Source of the DNA: a virus | Strand: one strand, 5' to 3' | IMG/VR virus record: IMGVR_UViG_3300023184_000037 | Span: 32,001-96,000 of that record | Length of the DNA stretch: 64,000 nucleotides | Position numbers and translations under genes: made by a program | The notes under the pieces: model-generated | Database searches by the model: none | What the model was told of the DNA's origin: nothing | The model's input: only the letters and a program-made list of their open reading frames with translations | Shown: positions 51,675-59,507 of the stretch, piece after piece | Layout of the letters: the number at the start of each line of letters is the position of its first letter | Position numbering within the stretch: the stretch's first letter is position 1

Positions 51675-52280
51675 ATGAAACACATTAAACTATTTGAGCA
51701 GTTTGTTGCTGAAGGAAAATCAGATGCTTTTCCGGAATACAACAATGGATATGCTCCTGGAGATTATAAATACATGAAAGAAATGAAATCTCTTCTTTCT
51801 AAAATTAAGGGAATTTCTGAGTATGACGATATGGACTCAACTACCCATGTTTATATAAAATCTGCTCCTGGAAATAGTGGTGTTGATTTAACTAAAGACA
51901 TTCAAAAGGTTCTTAAAGGATTTGATGGTAATCTAGATTTAGATAATATTACTAGTAACATCGGTAAACCTGGAGAAACTAGTCCTAATGACCAGCAAAA
52001 AGGAATTGTTACCTATAAAATTGCTAAAAAAATTGATTGGTGGACACTTAAAAGAGCAGCAGGAAAAGAAAAACCTAGCACTGAAACCGTTTTAACTGAC
52101 GATATTATTTCTGGAATTTTAGATAGAATGGCCCAAGTTTCAACGACTCAACATGAATTAGCAGACGTTCAATGGACTTCTTTAGAAGATTTACTTAGAG
52201 CAGCAGAAGACCACATGACTGCGACTAATTATAAGAAATTTTATAAAGAAATCAAGGCAAAATATCCTAAAATGAAATAA
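51675..52280 (+). CDS. CTS-bearing hypothetical protein
   Basis: MKHIKLFEQFVAE leader. Confidence 0.65.
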   Translation: MKHIKLFEQFVAEGKSDAFPEYNNGYAPGDYKYMKEMKSLLSKIKGISEYDDMDSTTHVYIKSAPGNSGVDLTKDIQKVLKGFDGNLDLDNITSNIGKPGETSPNDQQKGIVTYKIAKKIDWWTLKRAAGKEKPSTETVLTDDIISGILDRMAQVSTTQHELADVQWTSLEDLLRAAEDHMTATNYKKFYKEIKAKYPKMK

Positions 52281-52281
52281 G

Positions 52282-52782
52282 ATGAAACATATTAAACTAT
52301 ACGAACAATTTGTAAATGAAGCAGCCGCGGTAAAAGTTACCCTGACTCCTGATTTATTCGATGATAAAAACTCTACTTGGGGTATGTACCAAGATTTAAA
52401 AGATACAGGGTGTTCTACATGGAAAATCAACTGTAATTTATTAGCAGATTCTGATGATGATATTATCATAGGAGAACGTAATGTTGTTATGTTTTCAGTT
52501 AGTGTATGGGATGATGGTGAAGCAGTTGCTAAAATCGGAACTACAAACTCTCTTAAAAGAGAACCTTCTGGAACTTTTGGTAAGAATTTCACATTTAATG
52601 TTGAAGATTTTAAAGCCAATTCAAAGAAACTTTCTACCGAAATTGCAGATTTCTTAGTAGACAAAGAACACTTTAATTGGATTAATAAGAGCATCACATC
52701 AAATAGAACACCTCTTAAAATAACTCCTAAAGGAGATTTTAGTCAGGTAATCGAAAAACTAATAGAAGCAGCGATTAAATAA
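52282..52782 (+). CDS. CTS-bearing hypothetical protein
   Basis: MKHIKLYEQFVNE leader. Confidence 0.65.
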   Translation: MKHIKLYEQFVNEAAAVKVTLTPDLFDDKNSTWGMYQDLKDTGCSTWKINCNLLADSDDDIIIGERNVVMFSVSVWDDGEAVAKIGTTNSLKREPSGTFGKNFTFNVEDFKANSKKLSTEIADFLVDKEHFNWINKSITSNRTPLKITPKGDFSQVIEKLIEAAIK

Positions 52783-52795
52783 TAAGATAAACGAC

Positions 52796-53128
52796 ATGAA
52801 AAAATTAAAACAATACGAGGAATTTATCAATGAATCATTACTTATTGAAGAGTATAAATTATATGAAAAAAAGTATACACCTCAAGAGAGAAAAGAATTA
52901 GAAAAAAATGGAGAAGCAATGCCAGGCGGTAGGTTTCCTATTAAAGATTTAACTGATTTAAGAAATGCAATTCACTATTTAGGAAAGAACGTTGCAAAAG
53001 ACGGTGCAGATGTTGCTAAGTTTATTGCAAAAAGAATGAAAGAATTAGATGGATTAAAATATACTGACATGTTTTCATCAGCCCTAAAAAATTCAAAGTT
53101 AGGCGATGAAAAACAATATTTAGCATAA
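52796..53128 (+). CDS. CTS-bearing protein with DUF6582-like domain
   Basis: MKKLKQYEEFINE; 'GEAMPGGRFPIKDLTDLRNAI' motif. Confidence 0.6.
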   Translation: MKKLKQYEEFINESLLIEEYKLYEKKYTPQERKELEKNGEAMPGGRFPIKDLTDLRNAIHYLGKNVAKDGADVAKFIAKRMKELDGLKYTDMFSSALKNSKLGDEKQYLA

Positions 53129-53135
53129 CCAAAAC

Positions 53136-53203
53136 TTTAACATAAATTTAACACTCCAGATTTTACAGTCTGGAGTTTTTTGATTATATTTACATATCTA
53201 ATT
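53136..53203 (+). promoter_or_regulatory. TTTAACA direct repeat + terminator hairpin + TATATTTAC promoter
   Basis: TTTAACA at 53136 and 53147; ACTCCAGA/TCTGGAGT (53153-53176); ATTATATTTACATATCTAATT (53183-53203), identical at 57463-57483. Confidence 0.65.
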
Positions 53204-53219
53204 TTAACAAAGAAATATT

Positions 53220-53717
53220 ATGTACAAATTTAATCGATTTCCTTTATGTTCACTAGTTTATTTTGAAGCTGCCAAAATCCTAGGTTATGACGACAATGAA
53301 GCAGCCTCACTTGCACAAGGTAGAGCCGCATTTTTCGCAGCCGCTAAAATGGGTTTTAAAAATAAAAATAGTGTGGTTGATAACCCTAATATCGACCTTG
53401 TAGAATCTATTCCTTTTGCCGGATTTCCCGCGTTTATCTTACCTGCCGGAGCTATAGAAGGTGTTGATGGTATTGTATGTTGTACCCGAGATGGAGACAA
53501 AATCCATGAATCTTCAAGCCACTTTAAAAGTGAAAATAGAATTATCAATAACGTAGGTTCTTTAGGATTGGCTAAACTTAAGCAACACATTAATGATGAG
53601 TTACTTGCATTAGGTGACAAAATAAACGCAAATGACAAGGTTTATAAAGTTTACGTTAAGATGAGAGACACTGCTAGACACGAAAATTTTTACGAAGATG
53701 TTCTTTTATCCGCCTAA
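53220..53717 (+). CDS. Hypothetical protein, first gene of ligase/PolX operon
   Basis: 165 aa behind TATATTTAC promoter; no family recognised. Confidence 0.55.
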   Translation: MYKFNRFPLCSLVYFEAAKILGYDDNEAASLAQGRAAFFAAAKMGFKNKNSVVDNPNIDLVESIPFAGFPAFILPAGAIEGVDGIVCCTRDGDKIHESSSHFKSENRIINNVGSLGLAKLKQHINDELLALGDKINANDKVYKVYVKMRDTARHENFYEDVLLSA

Positions 53718-54222
53718 GCCCGGTACAATATTCTTTAAATCAATTCCATTAGAAAATTATCTAGTGCAATGGAAGTGGAGAGGATGGAGAATATGTATCA
53801 ACCAAAACGGAGAATGTTTCACTAGAACAAAAAAGAAGATTGACATTACCACCCATTTCCCTAAACAATCATATGACTATCAACTAGATGGAGAGATTAT
53901 TAGTAAATCAGAGGAGATAGAATATCAAGTTAAGGGTGCTATTAAAAGCGGAGATTATGAAATCAAGATTTTTGATATTTTTATTCCATCCAAACCGGAT
54001 TTAAAACTAATTGAAAGGTTAGAGATATTAAAAAATGATTTTGGAATTGATGTCAAGCATGAAACCGTAAAAACATTTGATGATGTTAATAATTCACTAT
54101 CCAATGCGTTATCTCTAGGAAGAGAAGGTATTGTACTAAAATTAAAAGATAGTGTTTGGAGAGCCGGAGAAACTATATCAAATATTGAACGAGATTGGAT
54201 TAAAGTAAAAGCAAAAATATGA
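53698..54222 (+). CDS. Minimal ATP-dependent ligase adenylation domain (no OB domain)
   Basis: QWKWRGWR (motif I variant), LDGEI, IFDI, EGIVLK, WIKVK at the C-terminus. Confidence 0.7.
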   Translation: MFFYPPKPGTIFFKSIPLENYLVQWKWRGWRICINQNGECFTRTKKKIDITTHFPKQSYDYQLDGEIISKSEEIEYQVKGAIKSGDYEIKIFDIFIPSKPDLKLIERLEILKNDFGIDVKHETVKTFDDVNNSLSNALSLGREGIVLKLKDSVWRAGETISNIERDWIKVKAKI

Positions 54223-54719
54223 AAAAAAAGACAGCCAAAAATAATTTTGAAAAGACGGGTTTAGTTGATGCCGAAATTGTTGCTCATCAATTAATCCATG
54301 AAATAGAACACATGTGCAATTCTATAGAAATTAGTGGTTCTATTCGTAGAGGTGCGGAAGAGGTTGGAGATATCGACATTGTTGTAATACCTAAAGATAT
54401 CGATAATTTTCTAGTAGAGATTAAGGGTATTATAGATTATGATTATGGAGGCACTAAAAAGGTATTTGGTATCTATAAAGAACGACCAATTAATATATTC
54501 TTAACCAATAGCGATTCTTTCGGTGCATGCCTTTACCAAACTACGGGTCCTGTTTTTTATAATATCCGTAAAAGAACCAAGGTAAAAGCAATGGGATATA
54601 AACTCAATGAGTACGGTTTATTTTGTAACACAACCGGAAACAAAGTTGCCGGAGACTCTGAGAATTCAATATTTGATTTCTTTGGTTGGTCAAGAAAAGA
54701 TCCCAAATTAAGAGTGTGA
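54219..54719 (+). CDS. Minimal family-X DNA polymerase (palm + thumb)
   Basis: SGSIRRGAEEVGDIDIVV, QTTG, GYKLNEYGLF, SENSIF...DPKLR; size similar to ASFV Pol X. Confidence 0.8.
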   Translation: MKKKTAKNNFEKTGLVDAEIVAHQLIHEIEHMCNSIEISGSIRRGAEEVGDIDIVVIPKDIDNFLVEIKGIIDYDYGGTKKVFGIYKERPINIFLTNSDSFGACLYQTTGPVFYNIRKRTKVKAMGYKLNEYGLFCNTTGNKVAGDSENSIFDFFGWSRKDPKLRV

Positions 54720-54744
54720 TATATAATAAAAACAAATTAAAATC

Positions 54745-55293
54745 ATGCCAAGTACAAGTAAAGCACAACAAAAATTAATGGGTATGGCATACGCTCTTAA
54801 AAAAGGAGATATGGACCCAAAGGATGCAAGCAAAGAAGTTAAAGACCTTGCTGATTCGATGACACTTCAACAATTAAAAGATTTTGCAAGTACAGAACAT
54901 AAAGGACTTCCTGACCATGTTAAAGAGGGAGAAGACCATGAAGTTGGAATGGCAATGAGTCAACTTAATGCAATTTCAAAAGCAGTTGGAGAATTACTTC
55001 AAAAAATTGGAAGAGAGGAAAAGGACTTACCAGGTTGGCTACAAGACCATATTTCCCAATCTTATAATTATATCAAACAGGCAAATGATGGTTACTATGA
55101 GTTAGAGGAAATGGTTTCTCCTGATAGTATTGGAGGAATGGGAGCTACCGCTCTACCCTCACCGACAACAGTAGGTTCTGGAGATGTTCCGAAAGGAGCA
55201 GGAGATGCAAAAGAAGAGGAGGAAGAGGAAAAGAAAAGACGCAAAGAATTCTTAAAGAAGTTTAAATCTTTCGAAGATTTTATTAAGGATTAA
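54745..55293 (+). CDS. DUF3008-like domain fused to second module; CTS-like C-terminus
   Basis: MPSTSKAQQKLMGMAYALKKG...LKDFASTEHKGLP; DHEVGMAMSQL; ends FKSFEDFIKD; GATATATA at 54718. Confidence 0.6.
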   Translation: MPSTSKAQQKLMGMAYALKKGDMDPKDASKEVKDLADSMTLQQLKDFASTEHKGLPDHVKEGEDHEVGMAMSQLNAISKAVGELLQKIGREEKDLPGWLQDHISQSYNYIKQANDGYYELEEMVSPDSIGGMGATALPSPTTVGSGDVPKGAGDAKEEEEEEKKRRKEFLKKFKSFEDFIKD

Positions 55294-55300
55294 TTAAAAA

Positions 55301-55345
55301 TTGAAACAATATTCCAAACCTCAGTATAAATACTGAGGTTTTTTT
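55301..55345 (+). promoter_or_regulatory. TTGAAAC-N17-TATAA promoter overlapping an intrinsic terminator
   Basis: TTGAAAC 55301-55307, TATAA 55325-55329; hairpin AAACCTCAGTA/TACTGAGGTTT 55316-55341 followed by Ts. Confidence 0.65.
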
Positions 55346-55354
55346 AATTTAACA

Positions 55355-55612
55355 ATGATGCAATATTTTTTTAAACCAGACAATTATGCTAGGTGGTCAG
55401 AACTGGCTACCGAAAAGATTAGTGTGACAATCGATTCGTGTACTACCCAGAGGCACATAGAATCTGCCAAAAGAATGATTGATACATTTATAATGATTAC
55501 TGCTCTAGAGGATAATATTGAAACAGAGGAGCTAGAATGGATTGTAAATCTATATTGGTTAAAAATCTTTTTAAAAAAACAAACTCTTTTTGAAACAAAA
55601 TCAAAACAATAA
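55355..55612 (+). CDS. Hypothetical protein
   Basis: 85 aa behind promoter. Confidence 0.5.
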   Translation: MMQYFFKPDNYARWSELATEKISVTIDSCTTQRHIESAKRMIDTFIMITALEDNIETEELEWIVNLYWLKIFLKKQTLFETKSKQ

Positions 55613-55618
55613 GTATAA
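55590..55618 (+). promoter_or_regulatory. TTGAAAC-N17-TATAA promoter of TROVE gene
   Basis: TTGAAAC 55590-55596, TATAA 55614-55618. Confidence 0.65.
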
Positions 55619-55643
55619 ATTAAGAACTTAAAAATAAATTAAA

Positions 55644-57080
55644 ATGGAATTCTTAGAAGCATTAAGACAAGAGGACATGGTAACTGAAAATGGAATGGCA
55701 ACTAATTCGACATCGTTGAATGCATGTGTTGACCTTTTCTTTAACATTGGAGCTATGAGAGGACAAGACAAACAACGTTTGATTGCTACTTTCTCTAAAG
55801 CATTTAATGAAGACCCTAAGCGTGCTATGAAACTCCTTTTTTGGGCTAGAGATGTTAGAGGTGGAGCTGGAGAACGTCAAGTTTTCAAGGACATTTTAGT
55901 TTATTTGGCAGAAAACCATGATTTGGTACTTAAACCAAACTTACACTTAATTTCAGAGTATGGTCGTTGGGATGACTTACTAGCCCTAGCAGGAACATAT
56001 CTTGAAAAGGAAGCATTCACCCTAATTTCTGATGCAATCATCAACGAAAATGGTTTATGTGCTAAATGGATGCCACGTAAAGGAGCAGTAGCTGAAAAGT
56101 TACGTAAATTTACTGGAATGTCCCCAAAGCAGTACAGAAAATCTCTTGTAGGTTTAACTAATGTTGTTGAAACTAAAATGTGTGCTAAAGACTGGAATTC
56201 TATCGATTTCGGTAAATTACCATCTGTCGCTTCAGCAAGATACCAAAAAGCATTTGGTAAAAACGCATACGAAAGTTATTCAGCCTATATTGCTTCTCTT
56301 GTAAAAGGTGAGGCTAAAATTAATGCAGGTGCAGTTTACCCATACGATGTGACTAAGTCTCTAAATTATGGAAACTCAAGCGTAGCAAACGAACAATGGA
56401 AAGCTCTTCCAAACTATATGGAAGGCGCAAACGATATGATTTTACCAGTGGTTGATGTCTCAGGTTCTATGTCTTGCCCAGCAGGCGGTAGTAAATCTGT
56501 AACATGTATGGATGTTGCAATCTCATTAGGTCTTTATATTTCTGAAAGAAATGAAGGTCCTTTCAAAGATGCATTCATTACTTTCTCAAGTAAACCACAG
56601 TTACAAGTATTAAGTGGCTCATTGAGTGATCGCTACACACAGATGTCAAACTCTGATTGGGGAATGTCAACGGATCTTGAGGCGACCTTCAAATTGATTT
56701 TAAATCAGGCCACTAAGCATAAACTATCGCAAGATAAAATGCCAAATAAAATCCTAATCCTATCGGATATGGAATTTAATGCAGCAGTTTATACTGGAGG
56801 TTATAGTACTAGATTTAAAGGTGGAACTTGGAATCCAACTGCTCAGCAAATGATTGAGCAAATGTATGCTGACGCAGGTTACAAAGTACCTCAAATTGTT
56901 TACTGGAATATTCAATCCCGAAATGGAGGAGTACCAGTTGCATTTGATACTCAAGGAACTGCACTGGTTTCAGGATTCTCTCCAGCAATTATGACAAGTT
57001 TACTTGGAGGAGACATAGAATCTCCACAACAAATAATGGATAAAACAATTTTGAGTGAGAGATACGCTCCAATTGTATAA
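55644..57080 (+). CDS. TROVE/vWA-domain protein (DUF2828-type, Ro60-like)
   Basis: TENG, RDVRGGAGER, YGRWDDL, AKWMPR helical part; vWA MIDAS VVDVSGSM, ITFS, STDL, LSDMEF, YWNI, VSGFSP. Confidence 0.85.
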   Translation: MEFLEALRQEDMVTENGMATNSTSLNACVDLFFNIGAMRGQDKQRLIATFSKAFNEDPKRAMKLLFWARDVRGGAGERQVFKDILVYLAENHDLVLKPNLHLISEYGRWDDLLALAGTYLEKEAFTLISDAIINENGLCAKWMPRKGAVAEKLRKFTGMSPKQYRKSLVGLTNVVETKMCAKDWNSIDFGKLPSVASARYQKAFGKNAYESYSAYIASLVKGEAKINAGAVYPYDVTKSLNYGNSSVANEQWKALPNYMEGANDMILPVVDVSGSMSCPAGGSKSVTCMDVAISLGLYISERNEGPFKDAFITFSSKPQLQVLSGSLSDRYTQMSNSDWGMSTDLEATFKLILNQATKHKLSQDKMPNKILILSDMEFNAAVYTGGYSTRFKGGTWNPTAQQMIEQMYADAGYKVPQIVYWNIQSRNGGVPVAFDTQGTALVSGFSPAIMTSLLGGDIESPQQIMDKTILSERYAPIV

Positions 57081-57089
57081 GATATATAA

Positions 57090-57400
57090 AGAAAATTGGT
57101 TCCTTACAGCAATCCATAAAAAGCAATTATAAACTACGCAAATATTGGAACCAGGCGGATCGGTACAGCAAAAAGTACACACACAGCTATGATAGCCAAC
57201 GTATTACAGAGATAGTATCAAGTATAACAGGCAAATGGAAGTCTAACCAGGATAAAAAATAGACAAACGTCATACCACCCCAATAGGTGATAAGTAGGAT
57301 GGGTCGAAGTTTAGTAGACGCTCGCGAAAATCAAAGCCGAAGACGTTAAACAGGGTTATTCCGCCGGGAAGAAAATCACGAAAAACGATCCCGTAATAAT
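57090..57400 (+). ncRNA. Putative structured ncRNA(s) with two stem + TACAGCAA units
   Basis: TGGTTCC(57097-103)-T-TACAGCAA...GGAACCA(57147-153); GGATCG(57157-162)-G-TACAGCAA...CGATCC(57386-391); GATATATA upstream (57081), terminator downstream; no credible ORF. Confidence 0.6.
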
Positions 57401-57402
57401 TT

Positions 57403-57483
57403 AATCCTGACAAAATTGTTAATAACTTTTTTAGTCAGGATTTTTTTATGTCGATTTTTTGTATTATATTTACATATCTAATT
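57403..57483 (+). terminator. Terminator hairpin enclosing operator box, followed by TATATTTAC promoter
   Basis: AATCCTGAC...GTCAGGATT followed by T-run; AATTGTTAATAACTTTTT at 57414-57431; TATATTTAC at 57465-57473. Confidence 0.65.
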
Positions 57484-57537
57484 AAAGTGCATAAAAAACA
57501 AAACCAATATATAACATATAATACTTAAACGAAACTT

Positions 57538-57813
57538 ATGAATATTTTAGACGAAGCAAGCGGAATTGTTAATAACCGCTCAGAAGAAGCAGACAGACAG
57601 TATGGTCCTTTCTCAGAAGGTATGGACAGAGCTGCAATGATTTTTAGAGGTATGACCGGAATCGAAGTTACCGGAGAACACATGTTTAAAGCACTAGTTG
57701 CACTTAAATTCAGTAGAGAATCGTACAATCACAAGCGTGATAATTTATTAGATGCAGTTGCATATATCCAAGGATTAGACAACTACATTAACGAAAAGCA
57801 AAACAATGGTTAA
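57538..57813 (+). CDS. DUF6378-like small helical protein (nucleotide-modification associated)
   Basis: 'ILDEA..IV..R....YG.F......A......LK.SR....KRDNLLDAVAY' pattern. Confidence 0.65.
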   Translation: MNILDEASGIVNNRSEEADRQYGPFSEGMDRAAMIFRGMTGIEVTGEHMFKALVALKFSRESYNHKRDNLLDAVAYIQGLDNYINEKQNNG

Positions 57814-58855
57814 TATTTACACAGTTTTAGATTCATTAAAGGGTAAGAAGATTGCAATTGATGATGTTGTAACTACTTATAGTTCAAAGAAGGCCAGCCA
57901 TAAAAGTGCATGGGCTTTCTTATTAGCTAATCAATTAAGGTCCCTAGGACTGGATGCTGAAGTACTTACCAAGTCAGAAGATATTCACCAATATGATGTT
58001 TGGTTAGTAGCACTTCCAATGGAATTCCAAGGTTCTTATAACCTATTTGGTGGAGCCACTGACGAACCAGCAGAAAGGATTAAAAGATTTTTAGATTTTG
58101 GTGGAACAATATATTGTTTGAATCGAGAAATGCCAGATGTTGGAGCATTCGCGCAAAGTCGAATGAAATCATGTTCACCCTTATGGGCATCTCTTAATGT
58201 TGAAGCACTTACAAAGAAGAGTAAAGAAACCGAAACAATTGAATTGAAATTGGCTTCCGGAACTTTTGTCTTAGGTGATTCCCATTCAGTTTCAGTATAC
58301 CAACCGGGCGCAAATATTAGCCGAAATGATGGTAAAACCCTATTTGGAGTTATGAAAGAGGGAATGACATCTTATATTCCTGAAGGAACTGACCATCTAA
58401 TTACATACTTTGGAAACATTGATGTTCGTCATCACTTATGCCGACAAGAAAAACCAGTCGACGCGGTTAAAGCCCTTGTAAAAAATTACTTTGAGCACTT
58501 ACAATCACTAGGAATTCAAAAGAATACCGTTGTAAAATTATTGCCTATCGAATTTGAAGGTCGCAGAATTCCAAAAACTGGGTACTATAAAGGTACTCCA
58601 TTTATCGGAACTCAACGAGAACGCACTCAATTGATGGAAATATTTAACGAAGAGGTTGACAAACTCTCGGCTATATATAATATGAACGTAATCGAATGGC
58701 CGATTCATTGGTACTCAGCAGACCCACAATATTTTGCCGATACTTACATGGAGAAACCAGGTTCCGTTCACCTATCTAGAGAGTTTTACCAATATGATTT
58801 CGAGACGTCCGAAAAAAATGTTGTGCTAAAGAAAACTATTAACACTCTTTTTTAA
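57806..58855 (+). CDS. Hypothetical protein with SGNH-like C-terminal domain
   Basis: LGDSHS, FGNIDVRHH, SVHLS motifs. Confidence 0.5.
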   Translation: MVNIYTVLDSLKGKKIAIDDVVTTYSSKKASHKSAWAFLLANQLRSLGLDAEVLTKSEDIHQYDVWLVALPMEFQGSYNLFGGATDEPAERIKRFLDFGGTIYCLNREMPDVGAFAQSRMKSCSPLWASLNVEALTKKSKETETIELKLASGTFVLGDSHSVSVYQPGANISRNDGKTLFGVMKEGMTSYIPEGTDHLITYFGNIDVRHHLCRQEKPVDAVKALVKNYFEHLQSLGIQKNTVVKLLPIEFEGRRIPKTGYYKGTPFIGTQRERTQLMEIFNEEVDKLSAIYNMNVIEWPIHWYSADPQYFADTYMEKPGSVHLSREFYQYDFETSEKNVVLKKTINTLF

Positions 58856-58866
58856 AACAAAATAAT

Positions 58867-59451
58867 ATGAAAAACATTTTTTTAGATTGTGGAACCCATC
58901 TATGTGAAGGGTTACTAGAATTTCAGGCTAAAGGAGTTATTGATGATACATTTGAGATTCATACCTTTGAGGCAAATCCTGAATGTAAAATAGAAGAACG
59001 TGTAAAGAAAATACCCTTAAATATTACTCCACATAATGTGGCAGTATGGATTGAGGACGGATTCGTATTGTTTAACCAAGAAAATCATAAAAAGAGTAAT
59101 TGCGGTTCCCCGACTGATGGACAATCCGATATAGATGGATGGGCATCTTCGATTAATGGAATAGGATTTTACTGGCCAGGATATGAGACCCATGTCCAAG
59201 TTCCAAGTATTGATTTTAGCAAGTTTGTTTCTGAGCTACCCAAAGATTCAAACATAATATGTAAAATGGATATTGAAGGTTCTGAATTCTCAGTCCTAAG
59301 AAAGATGATAGAAGAGGGTACAATTAGTAACATAAAGGAAATCTATATTGAGTTCCATGAAAGAGCTATGCCATCTGAATCTGTTGAATCCCGTCAAAAA
59401 ATAGTTAATGACATTACAAACCTAGGTGTAGTAGTACATGAATGGTTTTAA
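58867..59451 (+). CDS. FkbM-family SAM-dependent methyltransferase
   Basis: FLDCGTH..EG, HTFEANP, KMDIEGSEF, IYIEFH. Confidence 0.8.
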   Translation: MKNIFLDCGTHLCEGLLEFQAKGVIDDTFEIHTFEANPECKIEERVKKIPLNITPHNVAVWIEDGFVLFNQENHKKSNCGSPTDGQSDIDGWASSINGIGFYWPGYETHVQVPSIDFSKFVSELPKDSNIICKMDIEGSEFSVLRKMIEEGTISNIKEIYIEFHERAMPSESVESRQKIVNDITNLGVVVHEWF

Positions 59452-59452
59452 T

Positions 59453-59481
59453 TTGAAACTTTTTAAATAAAACTAGTATAA
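59453..59481 (+). promoter_or_regulatory. TTGAAAC-N17-TATAA promoter
   Basis: TTGAAAC 59453-59459, TATAA 59477-59481. Confidence 0.65.
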
Positions 59482-59507
59482 AAATTATAAATTAAATTTT
59501 AAGAAAA

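Noticed and set aside
57000-57182. 60-aa minus-strand ORF over the RNA region
   Set aside because: Overlaps the TROVE 3' end, has no promoter or motif, and does not explain the + strand stems.
57090-57400. tRNA, tmRNA, group I intron or CRISPR mini-array
   Set aside because: No cloverleaf or GTTCRA T-loop, no recognisable intron core and no interrupted gene; the shared repeat is only 8 nt.
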